A DNA stretch of 1,384 bases from Escherichia coli (GTDB lineage: Bacteria > Pseudomonadota > Gammaproteobacteria > Enterobacterales > Enterobacteriaceae), in assembly GCF_003334815.1 (NCBI RefSeq), contig NZ_QOWO01000098.1. One strand, 5' to 3'. Both the position numbers and the translations under genes were made by a program. The notes under the pieces were generated by a model that saw nothing but the letters and a program-made list of their open reading frames with translations, had not been told where the DNA came from and did no database searches. Shown here one piece after another: positions 1-1,384 of this stretch (its first letter is position 1; every line of letters starts with the position of its first letter).

Positions 1-43
1 GTATACAATCAGGAGAATAGGTAAAATCCATAATACTATAGCT

Positions 44-82
44 AAAAAAATATATACGGGGATCAGGCGTCTGTATGCCCGT
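44..82 (-). terminator. Weak candidate intrinsic terminator downstream of the FinO-like CDS
   Basis: On the minus-strand RNA, a short GC-containing stem (ACGGG 82-78 pairing with CCCGU 60-56; 5 bp around a 17-nt loop) is followed by AUAUAUUUUUUU (complement of 55-44). The stem is short, the loop is large, and the site lies about 105 nt past the stop codon, so confidence is low. Confidence 0.2.
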
Positions 83-187
83 TCATGTTTATTCAGGATG
101 AATAAAATCTTCTCCGCTTCTGAATCACACATAACATTCTCTTCCCATTTTTTCTGATACGTAATGTCCACCTGTTATCAGGAGTGT

Positions 188-790
188 TTATTGCCCAGAA
201 ATATTCTCCTGCTGTGCCTGCATCCTGAGCCACTTTTGTTCTAATGTCGCCAGTCTGCGACCGGCACTCTGTGCTTCAGAGTCTGAGACCTGCCCTTTGG
301 GGTGACCATCCAGGCCATAACGTGGGACGCCGGCGACAGCTGTCCGCTGCAGATATACGCGGCGGGATGTGATGCAGGACACTGCACAGAGCCATTCGTC
401 CATGGTCAGTTCTGTCTCCGGGTGTTCTGCCAGAAATGCTGAAATATCATTGTTTATGCCAATTTTCAGGGGAATAAATCCACCACCTTCAGCACGAAGA
501 TGAGGAAACAGGGCCTTTATTTTTTCCACGCACTCGTGAGTATACTCACGGGTCCAGTGGGAGGGACGTGGAAAACGGTGTCTTTTCTTTTTCTTCTTCC
601 TGGCTGGCGCTTCGGGGATATGTGTTTCGACGGCAGATGAATTTATTCCGGCGGGGGCTGATTCTGCCGTCTGTTCAGTAAATACAGGTGCGATAATATC
701 TGTTTTTTCGGATAAGGACGGTGGCGAAAAAGTACGACGTTTTTTCACCACAATGACGGGAGTTTTCCTTTCTTCCTGATTTTTTCCCAT
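188..790 (-). CDS. ProQ/FinO-family RNA-binding protein (FinO-domain RNA chaperone) with a basic N-terminal extension
   Basis: Complete 200-aa ORF with ATG start (complement of 788-790) and TAA stop (complement of 188-190). An in-frame stop lies just upstream (812-814 on the minus strand), so this is the first available start. A GAGG Shine-Dalgarno (complement of 796-799) sits 5 nt upstream of the ATG. The C-terminal region (about residues 86-190, roughly nt 221-535) carries motifs I recall as conserved in ProQ N-terminal domain and FinO: F-P-x-L, PLKIGI, T-S-x-x-x-YL, and G-x-x-R-Y-G-L-DG-x-P-x-G-x-V. The N-terminal ~85 residues are low-complexity and basic, including KKKKKRHR (nt 575-598), resembling the FinO N-terminal region. 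Family assignment is from memory of conserved motifs, not from a search. Confidence 0.85.
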   Translation of the reverse strand: MGKNQEERKTPVIVVKKRRTFSPPSLSEKTDIIAPVFTEQTAESAPAGINSSAVETHIPEAPARKKKKKRHRFPRPSHWTREYTHECVEKIKALFPHLRAEGGGFIPLKIGINNDISAFLAEHPETELTMDEWLCAVSCITSRRVYLQRTAVAGVPRYGLDGHPKGQVSDSEAQSAGRRLATLEQKWLRMQAQQENISGQ

Positions 791-795
791 AAATA

Positions 796-799
796 CCTC
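796..799 (-). promoter_or_regulatory. Shine-Dalgarno / ribosome-binding site (GAGG) for the FinO-like CDS
   Basis: The minus strand reads CGAGGTATTT-ATG; the GAGG core is 5 nt upstream of the start codon at 790. Confidence 0.5.
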
Positions 800-821
800 G
801 GCTGGCTGGTTTTACTCTTTA

Positions 822-849
822 ATAATATCACAATTCATAAATTAGTAAA
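822..849 (-). promoter_or_regulatory. Candidate sigma70-type promoter for the FinO-like gene (minus-strand -10 TATTAT at 822-827, -35-like TTTACT at 844-849)
   Basis: Read on the minus strand, TATTAT matches TATAAT at 5 of 6 and TTTACT matches TTGACA at 4 of 6, with a 16-nt spacer. The predicted start would be around 814-815, giving a short leader that includes the GAGG ribosome-binding site. Weak and unverified. Confidence 0.2.
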
Positions 850-1074
850 TTTCCCATCAGGTGATTTTTCATGGCTAATAAGTCCGTTCTCTGAGTATTT
901 ATACTCGAGGTAGTAACAGTTATGGCGTGACAGTCGAATTGATATTCTACTGAACCCTGACAGAAACATGGTTGATATATTCTCTCACTTTAATGTTGTC
1001 ATGATATAAATAAAAACAATTCATTTGAAAGGATATCAGAAGAAGATATCGGGGCGCACAGTTCATCTCTGCCT

Positions 1075-1102
1075 TTGTTTCATGGGGTGTTCTTTGTATA
1101 TT
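1075..1102 (+). promoter_or_regulatory. Candidate sigma70-type promoter for the plus-strand ORF (-35 TTGTTT 1075-1080, 16-nt spacer, -10 TATATT 1097-1102)
   Basis: The -10 hexamer matches TATAAT at 5 of 6 positions; the -35 is weak (TTG only); spacing is 16 nt. The predicted transcription start would be around 1109-1110, about 35 nt upstream of the ATG. An alternative is an extended -10-like TGnTATAAA at 1002-1010. This is pattern matching only. Confidence 0.25.
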
Positions 1103-1127
1103 TTACTTACTGTTTAAGCATGTACAT

Positions 1128-1133
1128 AAGGAG
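1128..1133 (+). promoter_or_regulatory. Shine-Dalgarno / ribosome-binding site (AAGGAG) for the plus-strand ORF starting at 1144
   Basis: Perfect AAGGAG core, 10 nt upstream of the ATG at 1144. Confidence 0.55.
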
Positions 1134-1143
1134 TGCTTTCATT

Positions 1144-1384
1144 ATGCCAATGATACTTGTAAAGAAGAATCCCCGGGGCAAAGTGATTCGGGAGCTTAGC
1201 AGTGAGGAAGAGACTGCAGTAAAGACGGTCTGTGGACTGAAAAAGCCAGCAACCATGGCACTACATAACCTGGCCAATGATATTCTCCGGGAAATGCGTG
1301 AGTATGATGCATGGTTACAGTGTGACTGTATTCCGGGAGATTCGCCGGCCATGAATTTTGCTGCTCTTAAAAACAATACGGGTA
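1144..1384 (+). CDS. Hypothetical protein, 5' end only (continues beyond the window); function not recognised
   Basis: ATG at 1144 is preceded by AAGGAG (1128-1133) with a 10-nt spacer. The frame stays open for 80 codons to the window edge: MPMILVKKNPRGKVIRELSSEEETAVKTVCGLKKPATMALHNLANDILREMREYDAWLQCDCIPGDSPAMNFAALKNNTG. Composition is balanced and protein-like, unlike the overlapping antisense ORF. It was absent from the supplied ORF track, presumably because it has no stop in the window. An in-frame ATG at 1120 is an alternative start, but the Shine-Dalgarno is positioned for 1144. Confidence 0.55.
   Translation, partial: MPMILVKKNPRGKVIRELSSEEETAVKTVCGLKKPATMALHNLANDILREMREYDAWLQCDCIPGDSPAMNFAALKNNTG

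Larger units (their letters stand above)
800..1127. promoter_or_regulatory. AT-rich divergent intergenic region expected to contain promoters for both flanking genes
   Basis: The two flanking genes are transcribed away from each other, so each needs a promoter here. Hand counts of sampled 60-nt stretches give roughly 25% GC in this region versus about 58% in the CDS. Several -10/-35-like hexamers are present (candidates given separately), but none is a strong consensus match. Confidence 0.5.

Noticed and set aside
98-157. A small 19-codon plus-strand ORF (ATG at 98, TGA at 155-157) downstream of the FinO-like gene
   Set aside because: There is no properly spaced Shine-Dalgarno, the sequence is AT-rich and low-complexity, and it is too short to support without conservation evidence.
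10-211. A 10-bp inverted repeat, CAGGAGAATA at 10-19 and its reverse complement at 202-211, which could suggest element termini
   Set aside because: A single 10-bp match is expected by chance about once in a window of this size. One copy lies inside the FinO-like CDS, and there are no flanking direct repeats or a transposase.
575-600. A polypyrimidine tract on the plus strand (poly-purine AAG/AAA lysine codons on the coding strand), considered as a slippage or phase-variation site
   Set aside because: The longest uninterrupted A run on the coding strand is only 5 nt, and the tract is a mix of AAG and AAA codons rather than a long homopolymer or a perfect repeat. It is more simply explained as coding for a basic patch.
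794-912. A 7-bp inverted repeat, TACCTCG at 794-800 and CGAGGTA at 906-912
   Set aside because: It is short, the arms are about 105 bp apart, and the left arm is simply the ribosome-binding region of the FinO-like gene. It is consistent with chance.
1120-1122. An in-frame upstream ATG at 1120 as an alternative start for the plus-strand ORF
   Set aside because: The AAGGAG motif at 1128-1133 lies downstream of this ATG and is correctly spaced for the ATG at 1144, so 1144 is preferred. A 1120 start cannot be fully excluded.
1107-1376. The 89-aa minus-strand ORF from the supplied ORF track
   Set aside because: It lies wholly antisense to the plus-strand ORF, which has a strong AAGGAG ribosome-binding site. 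It starts with TTG rather than ATG. Its translation is rich in Ser, Leu and Arg with almost no acidic residues, which is typical of a shadow ORF. No upstream context is visible to support a ribosome-binding site.

Overview
This 1384-bp window holds one complete gene, the start of a second, and the AT-rich spacer between them; I do not see a complete novel system within it. The complete gene (188..790, minus strand) encodes a 200-aa ProQ/FinO-family RNA-binding protein, with a conserved FinO-type domain in the C-terminal ~110 residues and a basic, low-complexity N-terminal extension. It is transcribed divergently from a plus-strand ORF that begins at 1144 behind a strong Shine-Dalgarno and runs off the window end; I do not recognise its first 80 residues. 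The ~350-bp intergenic region (791..1143) is strongly AT-rich and contains a cluster of GATAT-type motifs. The supplied 89-aa minus-strand ORF (1107..1376) is most likely an antisense shadow of the plus-strand gene. Sequence outside the FinO-like CDS is much more AT-rich than the CDS, which fits a horizontally acquired or accessory context. No tRNA, rRNA, CRISPR array or transposon/IS termini were detected. All calls rest on reading the sequence and recalled family features; no database search was possible.
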